A stretch of DNA of 64,000 nucleotides from Candidatus Cloacimonadales bacterium (GTDB lineage: Bacteria > Cloacimonadota > Cloacimonadia > Cloacimonadales > JAFGVF01): the NCBI GenBank assembly GCA_963662585.1, contig OY759729.1:2752001-2816000 (forward strand), written 5' to 3'. Positions 30,157-41,167 of the stretch are shown in pieces; the stretch's first letter is position 1; each line of letters opens with the position of its first letter. Below the pieces are notes generated by a model. It was given only the letters and a program-made list of their open reading frames with translations. It was not told where the DNA came from and did not search any database. The position numbers and the translations under genes are program-made.

Positions 30157-30924
30157 TCTTTGTATTCTAATTTTCGATAGAATATTAATACACCTGTGTC
30201 CATTCCTAAATAATTTGACCGATTTTTTAGCAATTATTATTTTCTCTATTAAACCCTTACATGGTTACACTAATATTGGCTTACCATACCCATGGTCAAT
30301 TTTTCTTCAAAAAATGAACCCCTGGGCTAATCTATTTAATCACTTGGTGATATTTTCTTAATTCGTGAAATTAGTGGATAGAAACTATTAGCAATTTATA
30401 ATATTGAATTATTGCTTTTTAAAAAATTATTTTTCATCATATAGTCCCCTTATAATGGCATTTATTAACACCATTGTTATGTCTATAAATAATATTACTT
30501 GACAATAAAAGCCTCAATAAAATAATTGTCATATATCAATATGAATATTAATAAAGGTTAATGTTTAAAAACAATTGAATCCTTAGTAGATAAATAAAAT
30601 AGATTTAATTTCTACTGTGATGATAGGGGTAAGGATGAATTATGATGGACAACACGGCTTTGGGAAGAGGGATGAATGAAAATCTTTTCTGTAGGAAGGT
30701 TTTTCTTCTTAAGCTTTCTACTTCCACCCTGAAAATAGTATCTTTTCAGAAGTAATCTTCTGTAAAGAAGGTTTTCTAGCTGGCGGTAGGGACGCTCCAA
30801 GTCTATAGAAGACGCCATTTCATCTCTTCATCTCTTTTACCTGACGCTTAATAAAACTTGACATATATAAAACATCTAACTAAATTTGTAATGATTAATT
30901 AACTTAACAAACAAGGAGTAAGTT

Positions 30925-31967
30925 ATGAATAATAGTGAGTTACTTTTAGAAGAAGAACTTTTTGTCGCGATTAAAACAGTAATTGAAAAAGGAAGAGAAG
31001 AAGTTGCGATAGCCGTAAACTCTGGGTTAACTGCCATCTATTGGCAGATTGGCAAGAGAATAAATGAAGAAATTTTAAATAATAAGAGAGCTGACTATGG
31101 GAAACATGTTTTACAGACTCTTTCTAAACAACTGAGAGAAGAGTATGGTTCTGGTTGGAGTGTAAAGCAACTACAACATTGTCTCTACTTTGTAGATATT
31201 TTTCCGGATATTCAAATTGTCTCTACACTGTGGAGACATTTGAGTTGGTCCATTTTAAAATAATAATGTATCTTAAGAATGAGTTAGAACGAGAGTTTTA
31301 TCTGCAAATGTGCCGCCTTGAAAAGTGGAGTGTTCGAACCCTGCAAAAGAAAATAGATTCATTGCTTTTTGAAAGAACTTCTATTAGTAAGAAGCCTGAT
31401 GAATTAGCTAAGTTAGAGTTGGCAGAACTGAAGTCTGAGGATAAAATGACTCCTGATTTAGTCTTTAGGGATCATTATGTTTTAGACTTTCTAAATCTGA
31501 AAGATAGCTATTCTGAACGCGATTTAGAGACAGCAATTTTGAGAGACTTGGAGAACTTCTTAATTGAATTAGGAATGAAGTTTTCCTTTGTTGCTCGTCA
31601 AAAAAGAATGATTATTGATAACACAGATTTTTATCTTGATTTACTTTTTTACCATCGGAAATTACGCAGGTTGGTTGCGATTGAACTAAAAATTGGGAAG
31701 TTTAAAGTAGCTTATAAAGGTCAGATGGAACTCTATCTTAGATATTTAGAGAAGTTAGAAACAGAAGCAAATGAAGAAAAACCTATTGGCTTACTTCTTT
31801 GTGCAGAAGGTAATCAAGAACAGGTTAAGTTGTTGCAATTGGATAAAGCAAATATTAAAGTCGCAGAATATATTACTAAACACTTACCCAAAGATTTATT
31901 AAAAGATAAGTTACATCAGTTTACTAGTACTGCGAAGCAATTAATGAAAAGCAGAATTAAGGGTTAG
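30925..31967 (+). pseudogene. YhcG/DUF1016 PD-(D/E)XK nuclease, frameshifted near 31250
   Basis: N-terminal part YWQIGKRI..ADYG..LSWS and C-terminal part EREFY..WSVRTL..DLLFYHRKLRRLVAIELK are in different frames; LSWSHF is restored by one extra base. Confidence 0.8.
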
Positions 31968-32014
31968 AATGAATATAAGTAATGGTAAATAGTTAATAAC
32001 ACAAGGAGTAGATT

Positions 32015-32979
32015 ATGAAAATATTATCTTTATTAAATACAGTTTTTATACCGGTAGTGCGAAATGGCAAAAGCTTCTATATGTTTCTTGATTCAGGTTG
32101 TCCCATGTCTTTTTCTAACCTTATTAATGAAGTTACTTCAGCTGATTTAGGAATTGAAATAGATTTTATTCACCCTCTTCACATCATAAATTCAATAATG
32201 TTATGAAATCTCTCTCTGATTTAGTTGGAATAGAAGTTGCAGGTATATTAGGTTTAGACTTTATTACCTTATTTGATAATATATTAATCAATATCAGGGA
32301 GGAAAAATTAGAATTTAATGTTGCTAACTTTAAAGCTGATTTTGACCTAGATTGCCAATTTACTGGATTTATCACTACTTCAATTTCTCCGATTAATCCT
32401 GAAAATGATGGATTAACTGTTTTTGATACTGGAGCATTCCAGTGTATGTCCTTCAATCCTATTTTTGACAACTACCCAATTTCAAGATCATGGAAGTATG
32501 TTTCATTTATGGGAACAATGAATATGGATTACTATAATAATATCGAATTATATTTGCAGGAATCCTACAAGGGTAAATACATTTTTGGCATAGCAAACAA
32601 TTTACCTGAATTACCTTTTGACTACATATTAGGTATGAATTTTGTTTCAGAATATGAGTTACTTATTGATGTGGTTAATTATAAATTAAGATTTAAGAAA
32701 TCAAAAGCACTTCCTATTCTAAATGTTCATCCGACTTATACCACTGGCTTCCAAATAAAAATTGATGATAAGATCCTTGTTAGTCATGTTAGGGAAAATT
32801 GCCCCAATGATGTCAATATCGGCGATGTAATTGAAATTGATGGAATTGATATGACACAAACTAATAAGGTGAATTCAATCTATAATACTCTTGTTTATAG
32901 TTCAAGTAAAAATCCAATTACTGTTATAGTAAATGGGGAAGAGAGAGAATTGGTAATGACTGAATTATTTAAGGCTTGA
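32015..32979 (+). pseudogene. Two-domain aspartyl (retropepsin-like) protease, split near 32200
   Basis: FLDSG in ORF 32015-32206; GILGLDF, FDTGA and ILGMNF in ORF 32203-32979. Confidence 0.6.
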
Positions 32980-33078
32980 GAGGACTTTATTCAACTCAGA
33001 AGGGCGAACAATGATATGCATGTAGATTAGTGCCATTTGTGGATATATTTATTTCTGTGTCTTATTTTTTACAAAAAA

Positions 33079-33107
33079 ATAGGGGACTTATGCTAAAGTC
33101 CCCTAAT
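33079..33107 (-). terminator. Terminator-like hairpin between convergent genes
   Basis: TAGGGGACTT-ATGCTA-AAGTCCCCTA, with a T-run on the minus strand. Confidence 0.6.
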
Positions 33108-33164
33108 AATATATTATTTTACTTCTTAATTTTCATTCTTTCAAAGAAGAATTAAGTAAAAAAA

Positions 33165-35849
33165 CTATTCTGCTTTACGAACAAGACGGAAACCAACATT
33201 TCCGTCGTTAACATAAGGGCCCTGATGAGCACGATGAGAAACTCTACATTGATCAGCACTATCAGACCAGCCACCGCCTCGAAGCACATAAATAAAGCCT
33301 GAATCAGCACCTGTCGGATTAGTCACTGCTTGGTTAGAATAAGGTCCATAACTATCAAAGCACCATTCATAAACATTACCTGACATATCGTAAATCCCTA
33401 AACTGTTTGGAGCTTTAGTGCCAACTTCTTTGACTCCATAGGGGGCATTATTTTCATCACACCAAGCCACATCGTCGAAATTAGATGATCCTGCATAGAG
33501 GTAATCAGGATTATTGCTTGCTCCTCTAGCTGCATACTCCCACTCAGCTTCGGTAGGTAATCTATAGCCACTAGCAGTCATGTCACAAGTAAAAGTGTTA
33601 GTCTCATAGCAAGGGATTAAACCTTCTTGAAGACTTAACCAGTTACTAAAGTAAATTGCTCCTAACCAGTTTACTTCACTTACTGGACATTCTATACTCG
33701 GCACAATTTCATTTGCCTCAAAATAGAAAGAACCATTTTCATAGCCTAGTGCACAGTGTGGCATATTAAGATCGATTATTCGTGTATTATGGTAATAGCC
33801 TAAAGGAGTTACTCCTTCAGCATTTAGAAATTCAATAAACTTGCTATATGTTTGTTCATACTTGTTTATGTAAAATGGACTAAGGGTTACTTGGTGAGTT
33901 GGTAGTTCTTCTTCATGAATACCTTGGTTTGTATCACCCATTGTAAAGGTCCCTCCAGGAACAAAGATTGCTTCTGCTGAATTTTCATCAATATTGTAAT
34001 AAGCTACAGCTATTTCACTCGCTTGGTAGCCGTCTTTGAATGCTTTGGCTTTTATAGTTGTACTTTCTAAAATATTTAGTGGGTAATCGTATATCATAGA
34101 GCTTTCTTGATTAGGTTGGCTTCCATCAAAAGTATAACGAATTTCAACATCAGGTGTTGAACAACCGATTGATACTACTTGAGTTTCGCTGTAATAACCA
34201 GGGGTAGGGCTAAAATAAGGTAGAGCAACTTGATCAATTCCAGTCATTGTATTATCTATAAAGATTGGCCAAGTAACTGAAGTAAGGTTGTCATTAGTAT
34301 CATAAGCTGTTGCTCGAATCTCATAACGGCCATCTTCATATTGATAACTATCAAAGATATGAGTGAAATGGTCATTGTCATCAGGAGTTGCATCTACACC
34401 TAATTCTTCATGGTTAAGTGACAAACTGCTTATTCCAAATTCTACTTCAGAAACCATAACATTATCTGTTACATAAACATCTAAAAGTACATCTCCAGAA
34501 ACAATACTATTTGGTGCTGGAATATAGGTCTCTCCAATAGAAGGATTTTCGGTATCTTCAATAACCTCTTCAATAACTGTGAAGCTTCTGATAGGTGATT
34601 TTATTACTCTATCTCCTATAAAAGAACCATCTTTACTCACTTTCACTTGGTAATAATATGTTTGCCCAATCTCTAATTCTGTTTCAACATGGTGAGTAAT
34701 GCTATTGATACTTCCAGTTATTTCACTAAAATTAACTGTTGCTTCATAAGCTTTATTAAGGGCACTAAAGGGATCATTATTCTCATCAATAACTAGACAG
34801 TATTTCTCTTGAGTGAAATCTGAAGGATCCAAATCTGGTGAATCGATAAATCCCCATACCACATCTGGACTTGGAATTGCAGAATCAATAGGGCTATAAG
34901 TATCAATTGCTACATAAGAGTAGGTATAAAAATCAACTCTACTTTCCTTTGAATCAAGGACATTATTATTACTATCTAGCAATTCAATATTGAAGATAAG
35001 AGCATCAAAACCATCCACAGTTTGATATAAGTTAGCTAAAACAGCTTTATCCATAATATATTGATAATTAAAATTTACTTTTTCCATTCCTAAAACAATT
35101 GAATTTGACATATTGTTAGTAACAAAAGGAAGATAAATTATCTCATATTCACCTGCAATATTAGCTAGAATATTTCCTAAATTCTGAGTATTATCTATAG
35201 TCTCACCTAGCAAAGAAAGTGAAATATGGGCTGAAATAACTTCATTATTATGGTCAGTATATCCAACATTAACAACCAAATCATCAGTAAATGAATCAGA
35301 AGATAAACTAACATTTGAATAAGCTGTAGGAATAACTAGTATTTCATTAATCTCGGGACCTTCTCCCCAGAATGGAGCAAACCAACATAACTGATCTGTC
35401 ATAGCATTTAGGGTTTCGCTATCTTCATTATATCTTGTAGGAAGTTTAGACCACTCACCATTTAGATACCTTCCAATGAAAACATTATTAGGATCAATCT
35501 CATTGTCAGATTCATAATCAAAGCTGATAGCAACTGAGTTATTAAACATAACCTCTTCATCATGAATGATTTCGTAAACATCACCGATTAAATCATAATC
35601 AGCAAAACTGATATTCTCAACATTTTCTAATTTGTTAATTTCCAATTCAAAACTTTCTGAAACAGTGCCTGCTGCAAAATCAAGCATCATTTCTCCGTAA
35701 TTTACTATTGTTTCTTGATTAGCACTAATTGTCTGAGTAAAAGTTTCAGAATCAGGTTTAGTACTGCTATCATCACTACAAGAAAAAACTATTAGTAAAC
35801 TAATAAAAACAACAACTCTTCCAAAAAATAATTTCATTCTCTCTGTCAT
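33165..35849 (-). CDS. Lipoprotein with Ig-like, Fn3-associated and C-terminal FGE-sulfatase (SUMF1-like) domains
   Basis: Lipobox-like VFSC; IRYTFDGSQP; VPGGTFTMG, YRLPTEAEWEYAARG, YDMSGNVYEW, RGGGW, GFRLVR. Confidence 0.85.
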   Translation of the reverse strand: MTERMKLFFGRVVVFISLLIVFSCSDDSSTKPDSETFTQTISANQETIVNYGEMMLDFAAGTVSESFELEINKLENVENISFADYDLIGDVYEIIHDEEVMFNNSVAISFDYESDNEIDPNNVFIGRYLNGEWSKLPTRYNEDSETLNAMTDQLCWFAPFWGEGPEINEILVIPTAYSNVSLSSDSFTDDLVVNVGYTDHNNEVISAHISLSLLGETIDNTQNLGNILANIAGEYEIIYLPFVTNNMSNSIVLGMEKVNFNYQYIMDKAVLANLYQTVDGFDALIFNIELLDSNNNVLDSKESRVDFYTYSYVAIDTYSPIDSAIPSPDVVWGFIDSPDLDPSDFTQEKYCLVIDENNDPFSALNKAYEATVNFSEITGSINSITHHVETELEIGQTYYYQVKVSKDGSFIGDRVIKSPIRSFTVIEEVIEDTENPSIGETYIPAPNSIVSGDVLLDVYVTDNVMVSEVEFGISSLSLNHEELGVDATPDDNDHFTHIFDSYQYEDGRYEIRATAYDTNDNLTSVTWPIFIDNTMTGIDQVALPYFSPTPGYYSETQVVSIGCSTPDVEIRYTFDGSQPNQESSMIYDYPLNILESTTIKAKAFKDGYQASEIAVAYYNIDENSAEAIFVPGGTFTMGDTNQGIHEEELPTHQVTLSPFYINKYEQTYSKFIEFLNAEGVTPLGYYHNTRIIDLNMPHCALGYENGSFYFEANEIVPSIECPVSEVNWLGAIYFSNWLSLQEGLIPCYETNTFTCDMTASGYRLPTEAEWEYAARGASNNPDYLYAGSSNFDDVAWCDENNAPYGVKEVGTKAPNSLGIYDMSGNVYEWCFDSYGPYSNQAVTNPTGADSGFIYVLRGGGWSDSADQCRVSHRAHQGPYVNDGNVGFRLVRKAE

Positions 35850-36218
35850 GAAATCTCCTATCATCTTTGATAGAGGTTAAAAGCTAGAAATATCGATATT
35901 TGTCAATTATTATTTGGTTTGATAAACTGTATAAATGCTGGAGAGACTGTTCAATTATCCAGCCACCTTATCCAATAGCTTATCCTTAGCGAAGTCAATA
36001 ATATTGCATATCTTCAGGTTTCTTGACATTTTATAATGATTGTTTATTGGTAACAAAGCCTCTTTACTGGGAATGTGGATGACCATATCCGCTTCCGAGC
36101 GATAGCTTGGAAATTTATAAAAATCCCGAAGGGATGACATATAATAGGGAGTGATCGCAAGACACTCCATACAATACGAGCAGAAGTGAGCCCTAGAGGG
36201 GCGACATATTCTAATCAA

Positions 36219-36510
36219 ATACGAATTTAAGTCCAGATATAACACTCATCATAATATTGTTTATACTTTTTCAAGAATTAGATTAGTTCATTTTGTAAAG
36301 ATACTTTGTGATGGTGGTTTTCTTGGTCTTGAATGTATCCTATAACAGCATAACTTTGCTGAGGATTAATTGAAAATGCACCGTAAGCTTCTTGCTAAGA
36401 AAAAAGGTTTAACTCGGGAAATCTTGTTTTGATCCATCTTGAAGAATTGGTTTTAACGAATCTGACTAGATCAACTAGGGCAATTTTTTTATCTAACTTA
36501 TAAAGAAGGA
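36219..36510 (-). pseudogene. Degenerate IS200-family Y1 transposase remnant
   Basis: Manual translation ..LVRFVKTNSSRWIK..FS*QEAYGAFSINP..YIQDQENHHK..I*FLKKY..YIW; N-terminus missing; flanked by inverted palindromes 36122-36212 and 36510-36597. Confidence 0.8.
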
Positions 36511-36773
36511 TATATCGCCCCTTCAGGGCTCACTTTTACAAACATTCTTTGGAGTGTCTTGCGAGCACTCCCTACTATATGGCATCCCTGTGGGATTAAG
36601 ATGCATTATTCGGATATTAGAGATATAGTAATGTAATCAAGCTAGATGTCAATTTCAAAAATGTAGGATAATAAATAAAAATTGTGCACTAATTATAGCA
36701 TTTGAAAAATCAAATCACTATTTATCAGTCATTTATTCTGAACAGTCTCTAATTCTGAAAGTGAAATCGAACT

Positions 36774-37817
36774 CTATTTATCTACCCTGTAAATATATTC
36801 AAGAGAAAATTCTTCTATGCCATCTTTTCTCATTTGCTTAAGAGTATTGTTGCCAATAAGGCCATCAGAGGTCATATTATTTTCATTTTGATACTGAATT
36901 ACAGCAGATTTTAAAACAGAATCAAAAACGCAGTCAATCTCATCAGAATAATACTCCTTTTCTTTCAGAAATTCTTTAACTGTCTTAATAGTTTCAGATA
37001 AATCATCTTCTTGTAAATATCTTCTATTAGTTATAATGGATAATGGCTTTTTATATTTTTCGAATAATTTTTCACCAAAGGCTAGATTCTTCCAAAAACT
37101 TCTTAATTTATTAGGAGAATATTCCTTATGATGAATGAAGTTCTTGCTGTATTCAGTAACTTCACTCTCTGTTTTTTTAGCAGATCTGAAAGGAAAAATA
37201 TGATATTGAATTTTACCGTATTTAGATGAATTATGGTGTCTAGAAAAAGCATAAACAGGAATAAAATTCTTGTTAAGGAAAGATATACAACCAATAGATA
37301 CACAGTTTCCATGAACACATATTGCTCGACCAGTATCGCTGAAACCAGCCGTAGTAGTATGTCTTTGGTCAATTTGATTTGGGTAATTCAAGCAAATCCT
37401 AAAAGCTGAACCTGTACCTACTTCTCCTGATTGTTCAACATTATTAAGGTCCATCCACATAAACCATTGACTACTATAATAGGCAAAATCACCATAATAA
37501 AATCCCTCAGGTGTTTTAGAATCTCCTGCTTTCAACTTAGGTCCTGGCTCAAAGTCCATGGAACAAATAGGCAGTGTTAAGATTAAGGATAAACTATCTT
37601 GTGATGAATCTTTTGACCATATTTCACACTCTCTCTCCTGCTTAAATACTCTAATGACAGTACAATCAGGAGGATAGTTAATCTTCTTTTCAATATCAGA
37701 ATAACTCTTTAAGGTGATTGAATCGGCAAGAGTCAAAATAGCCATGGGATTAGTGATATTTTGTGAAAATAAAAAAGCTGAATATAATAAGGTGAGTATT
37801 AATATTATTTTTTTCAT
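36774..37817 (-). CDS. L,D-transpeptidase family (YafK/DpaA-like) with C-terminal peptidoglycan-binding domain
   Basis: GPK...GD.KTPEGFY, LNYPN, ICVHGNCVSIGC; AVIQYQ...DGLIGNNT. Confidence 0.85.
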   Translation of the reverse strand: MKKIILILTLLYSAFLFSQNITNPMAILTLADSITLKSYSDIEKKINYPPDCTVIRVFKQERECEIWSKDSSQDSLSLILTLPICSMDFEPGPKLKAGDSKTPEGFYYGDFAYYSSQWFMWMDLNNVEQSGEVGTGSAFRICLNYPNQIDQRHTTTAGFSDTGRAICVHGNCVSIGCISFLNKNFIPVYAFSRHHNSSKYGKIQYHIFPFRSAKKTESEVTEYSKNFIHHKEYSPNKLRSFWKNLAFGEKLFEKYKKPLSIITNRRYLQEDDLSETIKTVKEFLKEKEYYSDEIDCVFDSVLKSAVIQYQNENNMTSDGLIGNNTLKQMRKDGIEEFSLEYIYRVDK

Positions 37818-38582
37818 AGTTCCTCTCTAATTTCTTATCTTATTAGAATAATTTTCTTTAAACAAGAGATAAGAAAGGCTGTTAGGGATGCTTATAACCT
37901 CTCTTGCTAGTGTAAAAATATTCCAATATTCATAAAATGTCAATACTTAATAGTGCCTAGCCTAGCCTAGTAAAATCATATTGATCACTATAATGATAAC
38001 TAAGACTATATTATAAAGCTTATTCTTCTATGTCAAGAAGATTATTAGAATGATTGATTTTGATTGTAAAGAGACAGAATTTTAAATATTCTTAGTCATC
38101 ATTCAATACCATAACCTTAATATAAGGAACTATTACTTCCCTCATCTTACAATCTTTAGCTACTTTATATAGCCTGTTTAGATCTGATTTTATTCTTTTC
38201 AATTGCGTAAATCTTGAAAGAAGCATTAGGCTCTTTAATTTCTATTATTTCTGGTGGATATATTGTATCAGAGAAATAGAACAGTTTTACTGGGGGTAAT
38301 CAAGAGAAAATCTTGCTGTACTATGTGGTACTGCTACATAAACAAAATTAGGGTTTATTGTCGATAGAAGATAATAATGCAAAGCTGAGTTAAGGCAATT
38401 ACTGACATACCTATATTTTTCTTAAAATCTGAATATATCAATTAATCTAATCTTATTAAATTGGGTTATTCCATTTATAATTTGACATAGAATAATAGTT
38501 AAGATATTGTAGATTTATATTGTATAGTAGATGATTTAAGCTATACAGTGAATTTTCAAAATAATATCTTTAAGGAGAAATA

Positions 38583-38888
38583 ATGCAGTTACCAAAGATA
38601 AATATAAATGAAGCAGATTTATATGAAATACTAAAAGGCTATGCTGTTGAAGAATTATATCTTTTTGGATCAATATTAAGGGAGGATTTCACTAATGAAA
38701 GTGATGTTGATATCCTGATTTCCTTCAAGAAAAATTCTAATTATTCTCTCTTTGATCTTATGGATTTACAGGAAAAGTTCGAACAATATTTCAATAAAAA
38801 AGTTGATTTAATTGAAAAAGATGGGATAAATAACCCATACAGAAGAAAAGAAATATTATCTACTGCGAGAAGAATCTATGCTTGTTAG
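38583..38888 (+). CDS. MNT nucleotidyltransferase (MntA-like antitoxin)
   Basis: LYLFGSILR..F..ESDVDIL, KVDLI, NPY. Confidence 0.85.
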   Translation: MQLPKININEADLYEILKGYAVEELYLFGSILREDFTNESDVDILISFKKNSNYSLFDLMDLQEKFEQYFNKKVDLIEKDGINNPYRRKEILSTARRIYAC

Positions 38889-38997
38889 TGAAAAAGATAG
38901 ATCTTATATATGGGATATTACTCAAGCATGTGAAGATATTCTGAATTTTATAAGTAACATTGATTTGACAGAATTTGAAAGAAATAAATTAACCTGA
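38878..38997 (+). pseudogene. Truncated HEPN/DUF86 (HepT-like) toxin
   Basis: MLVSEKDRSYIWDITQACEDILNFISNIDLTEFERNKLT* overlaps the MNT stop; lacks the RxxxxH half. Confidence 0.7.
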
Positions 38998-39431
38998 TAG
39001 TTGAAGTTTAGTTCCTGATTAGTAATTTCTAATATAATTCTCAAGTTTTCATTCACTAATCACACTTTATCTATCTAATCTGAAGGAATGTCATTTAATA
39101 GGCAGGGTTCGTTAGACCATGTATATTTAAGCCCAAGATATATCTTAGCCTTGGAAGAGCGATATTATTATTAATTTTGCTATGTTAACAGAAACTCCGT
39201 CCGAAGTCCCTTATCTACGATTGAGGAACTCCGGTCTCTTTGCTTTTCGTGGTTTGGTATTTATATATGAAGGTTGTATATTAATACGAATCCATATATT
39301 GATATTGTCAAAATAGGGCAAGTTGTATAATTGGTAATAAGTTTTTATTATTATTTGATTAACTTTATTATGTAATATTCCCTTTTTGGGAAATTTATAT
39401 TTACAGATTAAACAGGTTTGGGAAAGTTGAA

Positions 39432-39734
39432 ATGAAATTACTTAAGAGAAATACTCTTGTAGAGTAGGGAAAAAGATTTCCTAAGGCAAAAATGCATCTT
39501 GATTCTTGGTATTTTGAAGTTAAAAATGCTTGTTGGAAAAATACTAATGAGATAAAAGTAAAATATGCACACGCAAGCATAATTGGAAATAATAGAATAG
39601 TTTTTAATATTCAAGGTAATAAACATAGATTTATTGCCGAAATAAACTACAAACAACAATTCGTATTTATTAGGCTTTTAGGAACCCATAAGGAATATGA
39701 CAAAGTGAATGCGGAGGTGGTTAGTGATTATTAA
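39432..39734 (+). pseudogene. higB: HigB-family toxin with in-frame TAG at codon 12
   Basis: MKLLKRNTLVE*GKRFPKAKMHLDSWY...RIVFNIQGNKHR..FIRLLGTHKEYDK. Confidence 0.75.
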
Positions 39735-40914
39735 GATAATAAAGAATGAAGAAGAATATAATTCAGCAATTGAATTAGTAGAGGAACTTATATCCAAAGA
39801 AAGAACCATAGAAGAAGATGATCAACTAGAATTACTAACCTTTTTGATAGATAAATATGAAGAAGAACAATATCCAATAGAATTACCAGATCCGATTGAT
39901 GCTATCAAATTTAGAATGGAACAAGAAGGACTAAAGCAAAAAGATTTAGTACCATATATTGGTTCTAAAAGTAAAGTTTCTGAAGTATTAGCAAAAAAAA
40001 GACCTTTAAGTATTAACATGATCAGACAGTTACATGCAGGTCTTGGTATTCCAGCAGAAGTACTTATTCAGCAAAAAGATGAAGATATACCAGAAACAAA
40101 ACACAATCCAGATGAGTACCCATTTAATGAGATGTATAAAAGAGGGTACTTTGTTGATGCACCAGAAACTTTAAATAAGGCTAAGGAGTATGGTGAAGAA
40201 CTTCTAAATAATTTTTTTTCAGAGGGTTTTAATAATTATAGTAATTATTCTTATTATAGAAAATCTACCAAGGATTGCGATTCTAAAGCTATTGATGTTT
40301 GGAAAGTTAAAATCTTAAAAATGATTGTAAAAACTGATATTCCAAAATATAAAAGAGATGTTTTATCTGAGGAAAATATTAGAGCATTAGTTAATTTGAG
40401 TAGCTTAGATGATGGACCTAAGTTAGCAGTTGAATTTCTTAAAAAACACGGAATTCATCTTATAGTATTAAAACACTTCAGTGGAACTCATTTTGATGGT
40501 GCTGTTTTTCTATCACCTACAGGTAATCCTGTTATAGGCATGACACTTAGATTTGGAAGACTTGATAGTTTCTGGTTTACCCTATTACATGAAATTGGTC
40601 ATATCAAGTATCACTTAGAAAATGATAAAACTTTGATTATAGATGATTTAGAGGATACTTCTAAATTACAAACTGACAACATAGAACAAGAAGCTAATGA
40701 ATTTGCTCGAAATGCTCTCATTCCTGAAGACTATTGGGATAAATATGGGAGTGAATTAACTACTCAGCATTGTAAAGATACAATAATGAAAGTAGCAAAT
40801 GAACTGAATATTAGCTCTGCGATAATTGCAGGTAGAATTAGAAATGAGTTAGATAATTATACTATTCTAACAAATCTGATTAAGTCTGATATTAGGAGCT
40901 TGTTTGAATATTAA
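39724..40914 (+). CDS. HigA-like HTH antitoxin fused to an ImmA/IrrE metallopeptidase
   Basis: DPIDAIKFRMEQ.GL.QKDL, GSKSKVSEVL, FWFTLLHEIGH, EQEANEFA. Confidence 0.85.
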   Translation: MIIKIIKNEEEYNSAIELVEELISKERTIEEDDQLELLTFLIDKYEEEQYPIELPDPIDAIKFRMEQEGLKQKDLVPYIGSKSKVSEVLAKKRPLSINMIRQLHAGLGIPAEVLIQQKDEDIPETKHNPDEYPFNEMYKRGYFVDAPETLNKAKEYGEELLNNFFSEGFNNYSNYSYYRKSTKDCDSKAIDVWKVKILKMIVKTDIPKYKRDVLSEENIRALVNLSSLDDGPKLAVEFLKKHGIHLIVLKHFSGTHFDGAVFLSPTGNPVIGMTLRFGRLDSFWFTLLHEIGHIKYHLENDKTLIIDDLEDTSKLQTDNIEQEANEFARNALIPEDYWDKYGSELTTQHCKDTIMKVANELNISSAIIAGRIRNELDNYTILTNLIKSDIRSLFEY

Positions 40915-41167
40915 AAATATGAGTAGAAATATGATTTATTGTGATAAAGCCACATTTTTTTAACAATAAGAGGATAATACTTTGATTAATAGCGGAAAAA
41001 TGAAAGAATATATGATAGGAAAAACAACATCTCTAATAGCTGAAATTAGCCTATTAACAAAAAGTGGTTAATGATGCTATTCTCGATATGATTATTGGAA
41101 TTAGTAATGTCATAACATAACTTCTATGTATAGTGATAAAATTTTAGATTGCTTTCATTTTTCCTCT

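Noticed and set aside
30612..30840. 6S RNA, glycine/lysine riboswitch, or the 68-aa ORF
   Set aside because: Signature motifs and typical gene context are absent; the ORF has no recognisable features.
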